Assembly: GCA_023334545.1 (NCBI GenBank)
Contig: JAADVB010000018.1
Span: 62,001 to 126,000, forward strand
DNA length: 64,000 nucleotides
Direction: 5' to 3'
Origin: Salisapilia sapeloensis CBS 127946
Lineage: Eukaryota; Protista; Oomycota
Position 1 is the first letter of the stretch, and the number at the start of each line of letters is the position of its first letter. The notes under the pieces were generated by a model. The model saw only the letters and a program-made list of their open reading frames with translations, made no database searches and was not told where the DNA came from. Made by a program: the position numbers and the translations under genes. Positions 23,199 through 34,622 of this stretch are shown piece by piece.

Positions 23199-25520
23199 TT
23201 AGCAAGCAATGCAACCACAAAATAGTTTCTGCTTCGGTGGCTGCGGGTCCATGTCGCCTGCTTCGACAGTTTGTCCAGCATACGAGCTCTCGACTCCACA
23301 TAGCGTCGCGTGTAGGGACGCTAGTGTCGTGTTTTCATGGTATAATATCTCTTCCGGTACTTGGACTTGGTACTTTTGGTTGATGATCCCTTGAAGCTGC
23401 GTCAGTGCCATCGAATCCATGCCCATTTGCTGCAAAGGAGTCTCTGCTCTAATGTTTGACTCTTCGACTTGCAATTGCTCCGCCAGTTCCGATCGTAAAA
23501 AGTTGAACACTTCATCCGGTGAAGCGTTCGAAATGACATGCGCCATAGATGGATTCGTCGGGGCAGGAGGCGGCTCAGTACCTCCTTGCTCACCACTGTC
23601 ATTGTCATCCTCTGAAAAGCTTCCAATCATGTCTTCATTACGATAGATCTCGTCCAATTCCTTCATCATCATGGCTTTCTTACATCTCGAACGCGAGATC
23701 TTCCCGCTCGTCGTCTTTGGAATCGTACGTGGTTTTACAAGGATGATCAACGTGACTTGAACACCATGCTCTTTCGAGATAGCAGACCGAATTTTACCAC
23801 ACAAACTAGCTTTATGCTGGATCGAAGGGTCTCGCAACTCACTTACAATCGCTAGTTTCTCACTATCATCCTCATCTCCTGGACTCGAGTAAGAGAACGC
23901 AGCTGTGCAGCCTGGACGTAGCTCTTCATGATTTTCACTCGTCGCTTCGAGGTCTTGTGGGTAGTGGTTTCTACCTCGAATGATCACGAGATCTTTCATT
24001 CGACCACAGATGAAGAGCTCGTTCTTGTACATGACACCGAGATCTCCAGTGCGTAGGAAGCGATCGCTCGAATCGGACAATGCGGCATGGAAGGTCTGGT
24101 CCGAGATCTCTTTCATCTCGTCGCCAAAGTAGCCTTGTGCCACTGAGTCACTGGAAATCCAGACTTCACCGACATGACCGTCCTCTACTTGGACACTTTC
24201 TTCTGAATTAACGATCCGAACGTCGATACCATGATCTTTCTTCGAAGGTACACCACACCCGACCATCTCCTTACCATTCTCCGGCGCATTTACTTCTTGG
24301 ATCTGATTATGTGTTTCTAAAGTTACTGGATCAACGTATAGAGTCTCTTTTCCACCGCCACAGACGTAGACTGTATGTTCTGCTAGTCCATACGTCGGTT
24401 TAATCACGTCTTCCGGTAGTCCGTAGGGCATAAAAGCCTTATAGAACGCACTCATCGCTTCCTTCTGAATCGGTTCAGCGCCATTGATCATATGCCGGAC
24501 ACTAGACAAATCGATTTGCTTATCTCTTAGATTCGCAGTTTTCCGAGCACACAAGTGGTAAGCAAAGTTTGGTGCTTGGAGGTGCGTTGCTTTGTGTTTT
24601 GAAATGAGTTCAATCCATAGCATCGGATTCTTAATGAAAGAGAAAGGAGAAAGGTAGACGCCTGTGCCACCATTAAAGATTGTGCCGAGATACGCGCCGA
24701 TGAGACCCATGTCATGGTATTGTGGTAACCAGGAGACGACGACTGTGTCTCGACCGGCGTGGAGGGCGGAGGTAATGCTTTTTAAATTGTGATTCAAGTT
24801 TGCATGGGAAAGCACGACTCCTTTCGGAGCAGATGTACTTCCGGAAGTGTACTGAAGGAAGGCAGTGTTGTGGGTATCGACTTCTGGGATGGCAATGTCG
24901 ATGGATTTGGACGTGAGATTGTCCGACACGATCCATTTCAGGTCCTCTGGCCACGGGAGGTTGGCTGAGAAAGATACCTTTTGCTTAATTGCAGAGATCT
25001 GCTTCACGTGGTAGTAAGTCGATGTGGTCAGAGCGATCGACGGCTGGCAGTTTTGAACGACTGCGACGAACATATTAATATCTTTCTTCATCTTTCGTGG
25101 ATCTATACGAATAGAGGTTTAGTATATAGGATAAGACGATGGTGTAGAAGGGATGAACCTGGAGGATAGACTGGAACGGCTACGACGCCAGCTCGTAGAC
25201 AAGCCAAGAAGGCGACGATGAATTCGAGACCAGGAGGATAAACGAGGACGACACGATCCCCTTGCTTTAAGCCGAGACTAATATACGAGGTCTATTAGGC
25301 TGTCAAGTAGTAGTTTATGCTTGTATTGTACCCTTTCGGATGGTCCGAGGCAGGAGTGACGAGAAGCGCTGCTAATGTCTGGACTTGTTTGTTTAAATCC
25401 TACCATAGACAGCGAGAATATTGAGCTATACAATGGAAGGAATGTATATGATAAATAGGTACCGAGCATGTGAGGGACGAGGTGGTTTTGCCATTGTCGT
25501 CGACGAACGTCAGGAGTGTC
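23199..25520 (-). CDS. Fatty acyl-AMP ligase (FAAL) fused to an acyl-carrier (phosphopantetheine) domain; 5' end uncertain, several introns
   Basis: AFLQYTSGSTSAPKGV, SWLPQYHDMGLIG, YGLAEHT, RTGDLG, GRMKDLVIIRGRNHYPQDLE, IPKTTSGKISR. ACP motif GMDSMAL. Upstream exons give TFVDDNGKTTSSLT and GLKQGDRVVLVYPPGLEFIVAFLACLRAGVVAVPVYPP. Confidence 0.9.
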
Positions 25521-25930
25521 TATACCGAACACCATGTCAAATTAGCTTTTTCCATCCTTTTACTCTGAACTAAACACAGAGGTTTCGCTAGTAACTGCTA
25601 GAGTCATGCAGCAATACACATGTAGCTTTAACGCACCTTGGATGGTGTCTCCGTGGCCCAAGCCTCTAATCGCTGGAGTAGTTCCGACATACTCGAATCG
25701 GAATGCTAGAATGGGTGCGAAGCTGACTTCCCACACCACTTGGGTTCAGTATGGTCGAACGTCTGTCGAAAGTGTAACTGCTACGTTTCAAAAAAGTTAT
25801 AATTAGCCGCATCTGCGGACACTTATCTTCGGACTCTATCTACTGCCGATCTACGTCCACTTTCCCATCCACCTTTGTACCTTTAGCTCACGTATACTAG
25901 TGGGAAGGTATCGAAAGAGGCTGAGTCAAG

Positions 25931-27534
25931 ATGGTACTAACGGAGAAGCAACGACAAGACTTGTACGTAGTGCTACGTTGATTTAGAACGGACATTTGTA
26001 TGCACCGTGAAGGAATGATCTTGTTCATATGCTTTTGGAATGATAGACATCAATCGATATTGGCGTATATGACTTCCATGGGTGATCAGTTCCATGCTTC
26101 TGTTGTGGCGTTTGCGAAAGAAGCAGGCTTGAATCCAGACAAACATCGTACGTGTCGAAAATCACCATTTCAACGAGTCTTGCGTGGTACTGACATGTTC
26201 ATGTGTGACTTGTATAGCTGCAAACAATGCAACAGGGACGCTAGAAAAAAAATGGACTAGTGTCATCCGATTACAGCGCAAAGTCATGGAGTTAGAGCAG
26301 GAGGTACAATACCTAAGTGAACAGTCGAAACTGAATGGAGTCATCAGTCGTCGAGATGTCCTCGGTGCCAACCAAAGGGAGCTCCTACCTCATTCCCCCG
26401 CGACATTCTCCTTGCAAGCTCATCGAGGCCCCATTACAGTACGTAGTGACCTCCTTATGAGCGTCTACGGAGGCTCCTATCGGGTTGAGTACTAAAGTAT
26501 GCTTGGTAGGACGTTGCTTTCCATCCTGTGTTTAGTATCTTTGCATCTGCAAGCGAAGACGCGACGATCAAGATCTGGGATTTTGAGACGGGCGAGTTTG
26601 AACGGAGTTTAAAAGGACATACGAATACCGTCCACGGTCTTGCGTTCAATCGTTCTGGTACTTTGTTAGCTTCTGCGTCGTCTGACATGAGCATCAAGAT
26701 CTGGGACTTCCATTCTGATACACGGTATGAATGTCTACGTACGCTTCGAGGTCATGATCATCATGTCTCTTGCGTCCGTTTCTCTCCTTCTGACGAGACC
26801 GATCGATTGTACTCGAGTAGTCGAGATCAAACGATTAAAGAGTGGGAAGTATCTACTGGCTTTTGTGTTCGAACGATAAGTACGAACGATTGGATACGTG
26901 ACTTGAGTGTCAGTGACGATGGCAAGTACTTGTCTGGAGGTGGAAATGACCATCAGATCGACGTGTACGAGACGAGGAAGTGGAGTGTGATGCAGACTCT
27001 AAAGGGACATGAACATGTCATTGAGTCCGTCTGCTTCGCATCGAATAAAGTAGCGAAGCAGATATCCAAGTTGCATTCGAAACAACTATCAGGTGCCCAT
27101 GACGCGCACTTCGCGTCGGAGGAATCGCCAACGATCGAGGAAGGACGGTATCAAGATGATGTACGAGAGAATCAGTTCGTCTTAACTGCTTCGAGAGACC
27201 GGAGCGTTCGGTTGTGGGAAGTGGTGCATGGTACGCTCTTGATGACGTTCACGAGTCATGAGAATTGGGTCAAAAGCGCGAGGTTTCATGCCAGTGGCAA
27301 GTACGTGATCAGTATTGGCGATGAAAGGACGATCCGAGTGTTTGAGATTGAGGTAGGCCGTGTACTGTAGTAGGAATGGTAGGATACTGACGTTGGATGT
27401 AGACAGGAAGATGCGTTCGGACGTTAGATGAGGTGCATGACCACTTGCCAACGGCATTGGATGTCCATCCGACCTTGCCGTTGGTCCTTTCGGGTGGATT
27501 GGATCACTTGGTGAACGTGTGGGAGTGTGATTAA
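25931..27534 (+). CDS. LIS1: Lissencephaly-1 homolog (LisH + coiled coil + WD40 propeller), dynein regulator; multi-exon
   Basis: [57 protein letters not shown]. The last exon TGRCVRTL...VNVWECD* stops at 27532-27534. Confidence 0.93.
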
Positions 27535-27811
27535 AAGAATCGAATAAAGAAATTCTGTCAGATGGATGCTTGGTCGATACAAGTCTGGTAGGAAGAGGAG
27601 GAAAGACGAATGCAACGTGTACCTGGTGTTTGCTCATCGAAAGAATGACAATATTACCGCTTACGAGCCCTTCCTACTCAAAGCAAAGTCGGTCTATGAA
27701 CGACCTCCTACTTTCTCCACTTGTCCTCGAGGCTTTTCTTTGCATTGAAAGCCTGGATGATGCCTGCAATCTGGACCTCGACCGTCAAGTGGAGTGAGCT
27801 CGTGATGGCGC

Positions 27812-28073
27812 TTACCTCAAGCGGCGAGCCTCACGCTCCCACTCGAGGAGGCACAGGATGTCACCCTCACGCACTGGACCCTTGACGTTACGGATGATTT
27901 TGCGCTTGTCGTCCTGGAGGAACTCGACACGCACTTGCGTCACGTTACCCGTGTTGCCCGTACGGCCTAGGACGTTGACCACCTTGGCCAGCATGTAGTC
28001 GCGTTGAGCATCCTATTGCCATACATGAATACCTCTTCACATGGGGTCATACGAGTATAGGATCATCTACCAT
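27812..28073 (-). CDS. RPS28: 40S ribosomal protein S28 (eS28); first coding exon is ATG only
   Basis: [24 protein letters not shown]...[29 protein letters not shown] at 28073 followed by gtagat...caatag intron, then [10 protein letters not shown]. Confidence 0.96.
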
Positions 28074-28356
28074 AGTTGTTGTTAGAAGAGTTGTAGAGCG
28101 GCGATGAGGCTTACTTTCTGATGGAAATGGCTCGACCAGCCAGCGTTGCGCTTCCACCCGTTTTAAATTTCGAACCGAGCGGATTCATTACGAAACTTTG
28201 GATAAATTACAGAGACAATCCTCTTGATTTAAGTATAGTTGATATGAAAGGCTTCGATAAGCCAATGAAAGGAATGTTGCAACTGTAAAGAACCAAGCAC
28301 TGATGCTGACGAGGTTATATTTCAGACAAGAGTTGCGGACAGAAAATGGAGGTAGC

Positions 28357-30116
28357 TCATGTTGATCCGAACTTGGATTGCCACTGCTTGTACTTGCGTT
28401 GCCATAAGCTAGTGGATGGTTTTGTCTTATCGAGAGCTTGTGCCAAGTCATTTGGCTGGACTTTTTCTAATAAATCTTGCCAATTATGCACTGGAATGGT
28501 AGTTAGTATATGCAATGTTGCTTTCATCAATACGAATACGTACCTGCGTCTCCTACTTGATTATTTCCGTTATTACTCCCACTTTCTAAAGTTTCAATTT
28601 GATGCATGAGTCGACGTACTGGCATCATGCATGTCTCTTTTGCGACTAGCTTTAAATCTGCACCAGAGTAGCCTTCGGTCGATGTCACAGCCACCTCCAC
28701 GTCAAAGTCGGTCGATACATACGGCTCAAGCAATGTATGCAAAAGCACTCTTCTTGCATCTGGTGAAGGCAAGTCAACTAAAACTCTCTTCTCAAGTCGG
28801 CGTAGCATGGCAGCGTCTAATTCCCATGGAATGTTACTCGCCGCAAGCACGAACACGACATCATCTGTCTTAGTTAATCCGTCCATTTGAATCAGAAGTT
28901 CTGTTTTCATACGCCTACTGGCTTCGTGCTCTTGACCTCCCCCTCCACTCTCACGTTGACCCATGATCGAATCAATTTCGTCAAGAAAGATAGTCGACGG
29001 CGCGTGATACCTGGCTAGCTCGAATAGTAATCGAATAAGCTTTTCCGAGTCCCCTCGATATTTACTTACTATGGATGATGCCGAAATGTTAAAAAATGTT
29101 GTTTGGCACTCGGTTGCCACGGCCTTTGCCAGCATTGTCTTTCCGTTGCCTGGTGGACCGTAGAGTAAAATGCCACACCAAGGGGACAAGAGACCAGAAA
29201 ACAATTCAGGGTATCTGAGTGGCATTACGACAGCTTCTTTTAATAAACGTTTAGTTTCGTCCAGTCCAACAACATCCTCCCATCGAACGTTTGGGTTTTG
29301 CTGGAATATTTCTCGGGTGATGGTTTCAGCGAGAGGTTTGAGCTCGGTGTCGAGAAATGCTGTTGGCAATGGCTTCAGAAGTCGTTCTTCTACAGACTCA
29401 CTTTTGTTATCTTCTTTTGCTTGCTTCTTTGTGCTGGATGTGTTTGTTGGCTTGTAACCCACAAGTCCCAAATCTGGACCATCCGCTTCCTGCTCTTCGG
29501 GTGGTGTCTGTTTCGAGGGCGCCGTGGTTTTGCTCGGTATATGCCGGGTCGATCCAGACGCATTGGTGCTACTCGAACTTATCGCCTTAATAGCTACGTT
29601 TGATTCGACACGTGCTTCTGATGGCATATTAGGGGAGCTATACTCATTTCTTTTCCTTCGATTTTCTCTCGCGACTGCTTTCTTGTCTCCAACCGATTTT
29701 GCACGCTCGTGATCTTCTGGCGATAGTCGTCGAACTAGCTTTGGCTTTTTACCGAATTTCACCTCTTCATACTCTTCATATTCCTATACGAGTGATGTCA
29801 TGCTCTATTTTAATTATGTGAAAAAGTGATGACGACATACCTGAACAATTCGCAAGAGGTCAAGATTATCAACCACCTCAAACTTAGAGATCGCAACTCC
29901 TGCTTCTTGCTGCAGTCGTTCAGCTGTTTGCAGATACCCATTCTCGGCACAGTAATGCTGCATTAGAATCAGTACATTGCGCTTGCGCTCAATTAATCTC
30001 TTTTCTTCCTAGCATTCGACAAATCAATATCTTTGATATAAATCAAAGTTTCTAGAAGAATTAAATACAGCTAAACGACTCTCATTCTGCGCTTTCAGCT
30101 GCATTAAACCACTCAT
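28357..30116 (-). CDS. KATNAL2: Katanin p60 ATPase subunit A-like 2 (LisH + AAA ATPase); multi-exon
   Basis: N-terminal [23 protein letters not shown]...[10 protein letters not shown] (LisH). AAA domain: [48 protein letters not shown]. Last exon ends [12 protein letters not shown]. Confidence 0.92.
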
Positions 30117-30249
30117 CTTGATACTTTAGATGTTGGGACAGATTGACAAGTCAGGTTGGAATCATGAAGGACAAAATGGGCGTTTCATGTCTGTGGAAAG
30201 TCAGACTAGAAGTATTCATATGCGACTCTTGCGATCGACACTGCTATAT

Positions 30250-30262
30250 CCATTTTAAATTG
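30250..30262 (+). promoter_or_regulatory. Putative oomycete INR/FPR-like core promoter upstream of DNAL4
   Basis: CCATTTTAAATTG about 65 nt before the ATG resembles the YCATTYY-N-AWTTY initiator consensus. A CCCATTTTG initiator-like word lies on the minus strand near 30173-30181, ahead of KATNAL2. Confidence 0.35.
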
Positions 30263-30323
30263 TTAAGCAACAGCATATAGCTTTCTAAAGAATACCTGTG
30301 CATCGAGATCTACCACAGATAGG

Positions 30324-30632
30324 ATGGCAACGGAAGTAAGTGAACAGGAATACCGAAAGATTTCGTCTCGACCTCACCTCAAGCACAATGACATGACATC
30401 CGAATTGTGCACGGAAGCACTTGAAATCGTGACGATGGCGTGTGACAAGCACGTTCCGATGAAGAACTATGAAGCTGCAGCGCAGCTCATCAAACAGAGT
30501 ATGGACAAGAAATTTGGTGCATCTTGGCACTGTTTTATCGGCGAAGGCTACGGATTCGACATCAGCTACCAACAACGACACATGCTGTATCTATACGTTG
30601 GTGAGATCGGCGTACTCATTTTCAAGTGCTGA
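30324..30632 (+). CDS. DNAL4: Dynein light chain, LC8 family, axonemal light chain 4-like
   Basis: HNDMTSELCTEALEIVTMACDKH...AAQLIKQSMDKKFGASWHCFIGEGYGFDI...LYLY matches DNAL4-type light chains. Confidence 0.88.
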   Translation: MATEVSEQEYRKISSRPHLKHNDMTSELCTEALEIVTMACDKHVPMKNYEAAAQLIKQSMDKKFGASWHCFIGEGYGFDISYQQRHMLYLYVGEIGVLIFKC

Positions 30633-30912
30633 TCAGTTCCACCATTTTCGTTAAGGAAACGAACTATAGCAGAGAGGATAAATTTCTATCAAATGAATGT
30701 GACTTGGAGATCGATTGTTCTGCTGTGTTGTCATCAACTTCATTCTTATCAATATCCTTTGGGCGAGCTATACTTGACGCTGATACAAGACAAGAATACG
30801 TGAATTCTGTATTTGCGAAGCGAATCGTTTTCGTTATGCTACACTCCAAATGTCTTGCTATGACTCTACTTGTGGTAAATAAATAGCGGACCAAGATGTT
30901 CCTGCACTACGA

Positions 30913-31248
30913 CTAGACAGCAACAGCTTCTCTGCTTTCGTCCAAACCCTTGGTTTGTTGCATCTCCCGTCTAATTCGTTCCTTAATCTCGCGATCGGAA
31001 TCGATCGTCAGCTCCGCTGCTTCTGGTTGCGACTTGATAATACAACGACGTACTCCTTTGATCAGAATCAGCAGAATAAGTACTCCAGCATAGCATCCAG
31101 CCGCAAGATAACAATTTATTTCCGCTCTTTTTGCATCGGCTTTCAATCCCCGCACATACGTCGGTTCGAATCGAAAGACGAGTCCGAACAATGGTAAGAG
31201 AAGAGTACCTGCAGCTGATATTAGCGTCAAAGCCACTAGCTTACTCAT
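30913..31248 (-). CDS. Small two-TM membrane protein, possibly RNASEK/V-ATPase subunit f-like
   Basis: 111 aa with two hydrophobic helices. LTLISAAGTLLLPLFGLVF and NCYLAAGCY resemble the RNASEK pattern. Confidence 0.5.
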   Translation of the reverse strand: MSKLVALTLISAAGTLLLPLFGLVFRFEPTYVRGLKADAKRAEINCYLAAGCYAGVLILLILIKGVRRCIIKSQPEAAELTIDSDREIKERIRREMQQTKGLDESREAVAV

Positions 31249-31460
31249 TCTCGTAGCGAAACTTGTTTATGATGGAGACTGTACTGTCGACTTGGAAGGT
31301 TCTGAAGAGAGATCCGAGTCCAAGTACTCCGGAGCTCGTCTCATCCGTTTCAAGATAAAAGTGGGTTCATGATATTCTATAAGGTACGAATGATTTTTAT
31401 TTCTTATCGAAGATATATGTTGATTACTCTTCTACTATTGTGGTGGTTTATATTGGAAGT

Positions 31461-33128
31461 TTATACTGGAGATCTACCTTCATGGAAACTCTTGAGTTCC
31501 GTGACACGGACGAATCGATGGTAGATCAGCGGATGAAGCTGACTCAATCGCGTCGGGTGCTCCGCGAAGCATACAAATAACGTCTTAATCACTCCACCAA
31601 CGAGGTGCACAGCAATGGCTACTGCACTATAGCTCGCAACGAATGTGATGCCAGATACTAGTAGTGGCATGTCGACTTGAGTACCCATAGTTAAAAGAGC
31701 GATGGTTGCAATGAGACCGGCCCACCCATTGGAAATAAAGAAGAGCGATCGACTTGTTAGATCATCATCGACAATCGCTTCCACACCTCTTGCTTGCATC
31801 AACTGCCACGTATCATGTGCTGCAGCGTAGAATGGTTTGGAGTACCCCGCGATATGAGCGAAAGAATACTTGTGGTAGGACTTGATAAGGTGTTCTACTC
31901 GAGACGATCGAAGCCACGAGTACTTTTGTCGGATGGAAGACTCGTCTCGAGTCGCCCATCGAAGTACATTCCAGATGAAGTGGGAGAGCGGACAGATCAA
32001 CGATCCGATGCAGATGGACCCAAAAGATGTTGTGAGGGAGCACCGGAAGTAATGGAAGACGACGTGGCGATTCATAGAAGTGGGTTTGTGGAACCACATA
32101 GAGGATGGTGCTTCCTCATCTTCTGGTGGATCGATGTGGTCTGATACTTCAAGAGTGTCATCAGGTGACTCTTCTTCCTCCACTGCTTCGGTTTTGTTGT
32201 ACCAGATCATTGTTGTGCCTGCTACGACGACTGTGACGATATTTTTAAAGACGTTGGACGTCCAGTAGAAGTGAAAGTAGAGGTAGAGCATGCTGACTGA
32301 AAGAGGAGACACGCCATGGTCTGTGGTGATGGCTATGGTCGTACAGAGCCAAGAGACCCAAATCGTGTACACAACTAATACACCTGTGGATACAACTAGT
32401 AGAGCAGTATGGTCTAGTAGGACGTCCGTCACGAGATCGAAGAGGACGGCGACAAAATCGAAACCGGATTGGAACTTTACTTTCCATCCGAAATCGACTA
32501 GCACAACAAAGACGCCGATAATACCAATCGCAAGGGCTTCGTCACTAGTGTCAGCCGAGAGGAGAGATATGGTGAAGGATAAAAGACCGATGGAAGAGAA
32601 GGCGGTGGAAACGACGATTAATCGCTTCTTGCGACTCAATAAGAAGATCAGTTGCCATGTAATAGTAAAGAGGAGGCTCAAGACGGACAGCCAATGGAAG
32701 ATTAACGCAATGGAAGAAGCGTCGAGAGTTGGGAGAGCTCGATCATCTACTTCGACTTGGCCGAGTGGTATTTCGGTCTCGATGGTAGTAGATACTTTTG
32801 ACCGTTCTGGCAGAGAACGAATGTTTTTGGTTGCGAGGACTGCAATGATGATGTGAAGGATAAAGAGAAAGGTATAGACTTTATCACGGTATGTAGCTGG
32901 AGATGTGAGTGTCGGGAGAGGCCGATTGCCCTTGGGACTAGCTGCAGAAGATGGCAATAAATGGTCCTTGTCTTCGATGCTATCGTCATCTGTTGTCATT
33001 ATGACAGTCGGAGGTAGTGTCAAGTTCTGTAGAGCCGACCGCGGTGTCTGCACAGCTACTGGAACATCGTCCGTGACCTTTAGAACGTCCTTGTCGTCAT
33101 ACTCGTGAACATCCTCCGAGTCACTCAT
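31461..33128 (-). CDS. Choline transporter-like (CTL/SLC44/Pns1) membrane protein
   Basis: YRDKVYTFLF, TTSFGSICIGSLI, YHKYSFAHIAGYSKPFYAAAHDTWQLM, KTLFVCFAEHP; multiple TM segments. Confidence 0.88.
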   Translation of the reverse strand: MSDSEDVHEYDDKDVLKVTDDVPVAVQTPRSALQNLTLPPTVIMTTDDDSIEDKDHLLPSSAASPKGNRPLPTLTSPATYRDKVYTFLFILHIIIAVLATKNIRSLPERSKVSTTIETEIPLGQVEVDDRALPTLDASSIALIFHWLSVLSLLFTITWQLIFLLSRKKRLIVVSTAFSSIGLLSFTISLLSADTSDEALAIGIIGVFVVLVDFGWKVKFQSGFDFVAVLFDLVTDVLLDHTALLVVSTGVLVVYTIWVSWLCTTIAITTDHGVSPLSVSMLYLYFHFYWTSNVFKNIVTVVVAGTTMIWYNKTEAVEEEESPDDTLEVSDHIDPPEDEEAPSSMWFHKPTSMNRHVVFHYFRCSLTTSFGSICIGSLICPLSHFIWNVLRWATRDESSIRQKYSWLRSSRVEHLIKSYHKYSFAHIAGYSKPFYAAAHDTWQLMQARGVEAIVDDDLTSRSLFFISNGWAGLIATIALLTMGTQVDMPLLVSGITFVASYSAVAIAVHLVGGVIKTLFVCFAEHPTRLSQLHPLIYHRFVRVTELKSFHEGRSPV

Positions 33129-33315
33129 TGCGATTCCGATAGTGGCTTGCTAGCGATTTTAGTTGTTTGTATCCTTTTCGTATAAATAAATACAAAAATA
33201 TACTATATTTTAATATAATTTACTTCAAATGTATATACACATGGCTACTTTTGATACTCCTTGACACGAATACTCTAGCTTTTCATCTTTGGATCAGTAT
33301 TGGTTTTTCGTAGAC

Positions 33316-34580
33316 ATGCAAGTACGATCATCCTTGTATACTTGTATAAACCACTTCTAGAAGCTAAAGTATATGTACCTAGCTACCAGTGACGCTCTTG
33401 GCTATGCTGGCCATGATCCTATTGTGGATCGTGGGCGCGATTTTTACACCTGAAGAGGAATCTGCTGGCGTGCTATCCATGTCCGTTTCCGAGTACGTCC
33501 CTATTCGAACCTACCACTCGACAAGTCTAATGATGATTGCAGCGCAATGTTGGAGCACATTCGGCCATGGGTACATCTCACCGCAGGTTTCTACCATCCT
33601 CATGTGATCCAATTGGTCTTTATCCTACCAGCTACATTCGTCTTGGGGAAGCGCGTGGAGCCGGAGATTGGCTCCATGACGATGCTTAAGATGCTTGTCT
33701 TCGCCAACACAATGTCGACGCTGTCCCTCTTCGCTGACCTCTTTGGCTTTTATATCCTCTTCCGAGATCCGTCTTATTTGTACTTGTTATGCTTCTCTTT
33801 CGGTAAATCACGTACTGATATAGACGGATAGGACGACAAATTTCGCTGGGTTCTACGGTGGTATCACTGCTCTCCTAGTTGGGTTCATGAAAGACATGCC
33901 CAATGCTTCGCTACCATCTTTGCCTGGCATAAAACGCCGCGTACGAGTCAATTGTACCTTGTGTAGGACTCTGTACTGATGCATGGTATAGTTCTACCCA
34001 ATCTTGGCAACCACCTTCTTCTCAGCTCTTTCCATGGTCGGAAGTAACACACCATGGCTGGCAATCCGAACGATGCTCCTACCGGCCGGTCCATACTCGC
34101 TCTTTGGAGGTTTCTTCGGATGGTACTACCTCCGCTTCCTAGCGAAAAATGCGGATCGAACAATTGGAGACGTCTCGGAGGACTTTGCTCTTGTCTCTTT
34201 ACTCCCAGACTGCTGCGGGTACTCCTACCAAGTCGTTTGATCCTTGGAAGGCTACTGACATGCGATGACATAGACGTCCTCTAGCTCCGTTGATGAACTT
34301 TTGCTTTAACGTCGCTCGACTGTGTGGATACTTTACAGACCGATCGTCCAAGACAGCTACTTCTCTCCCTGTCTACGTATGTTCTTTTCTACCACCAATC
34401 TATGATCGTGTCTTAACCGTCTATCTATAGGACTCGAGAAGTGATCCGATCACAGAACGTCGAAAGTAAGTCTTGAGGTATACATGCACTAGACTGATTC
34501 ATTCACATCGATATAGAGCAAGAGCAATGCGTGCGTTAGATGAGAAACTAGCCAAGTTGGCGACCGCTCGAGAGACATAA
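33316..34580 (+). CDS. TMEM115/DUF1751-like (rhomboid-superfamily) membrane protein; many short exons, start uncertain
   Basis: Exons give AGFYHPH...LGKRVEPEIGS, FAGFYGGITALLVGFMK, GWYYLRFL...GDVSEDFALVSLLP and C-terminal TERRKARAMRALDEKLA; stop at 34578-34580. Confidence 0.75.
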
Positions 34581-34622
34581 GTGATACAAATCTAAAAACC
34601 AAAACGTATGTCGTTGGATTAG

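Noticed and set aside
4770-25520. Functional link between the DHHC palmitoyltransferase and the FAAL-ACP as a protein-acylation cluster
   Set aside because: They are about 17 kb apart with unrelated genes between, and DHHC enzymes use acyl-CoA; there is no sequence evidence of coupling.
30626-30894. 76-86 aa ORFs between DNAL4 and the small membrane protein
   Set aside because: No motif or clear splice structure; likely UTR sequence.
33180-33240. AT-rich stretch (TATAAATAAATACAAAAATATAC...)
   Set aside because: Ordinary divergent intergenic region between CTL and TMEM115-like genes; no defined repeat unit or element.
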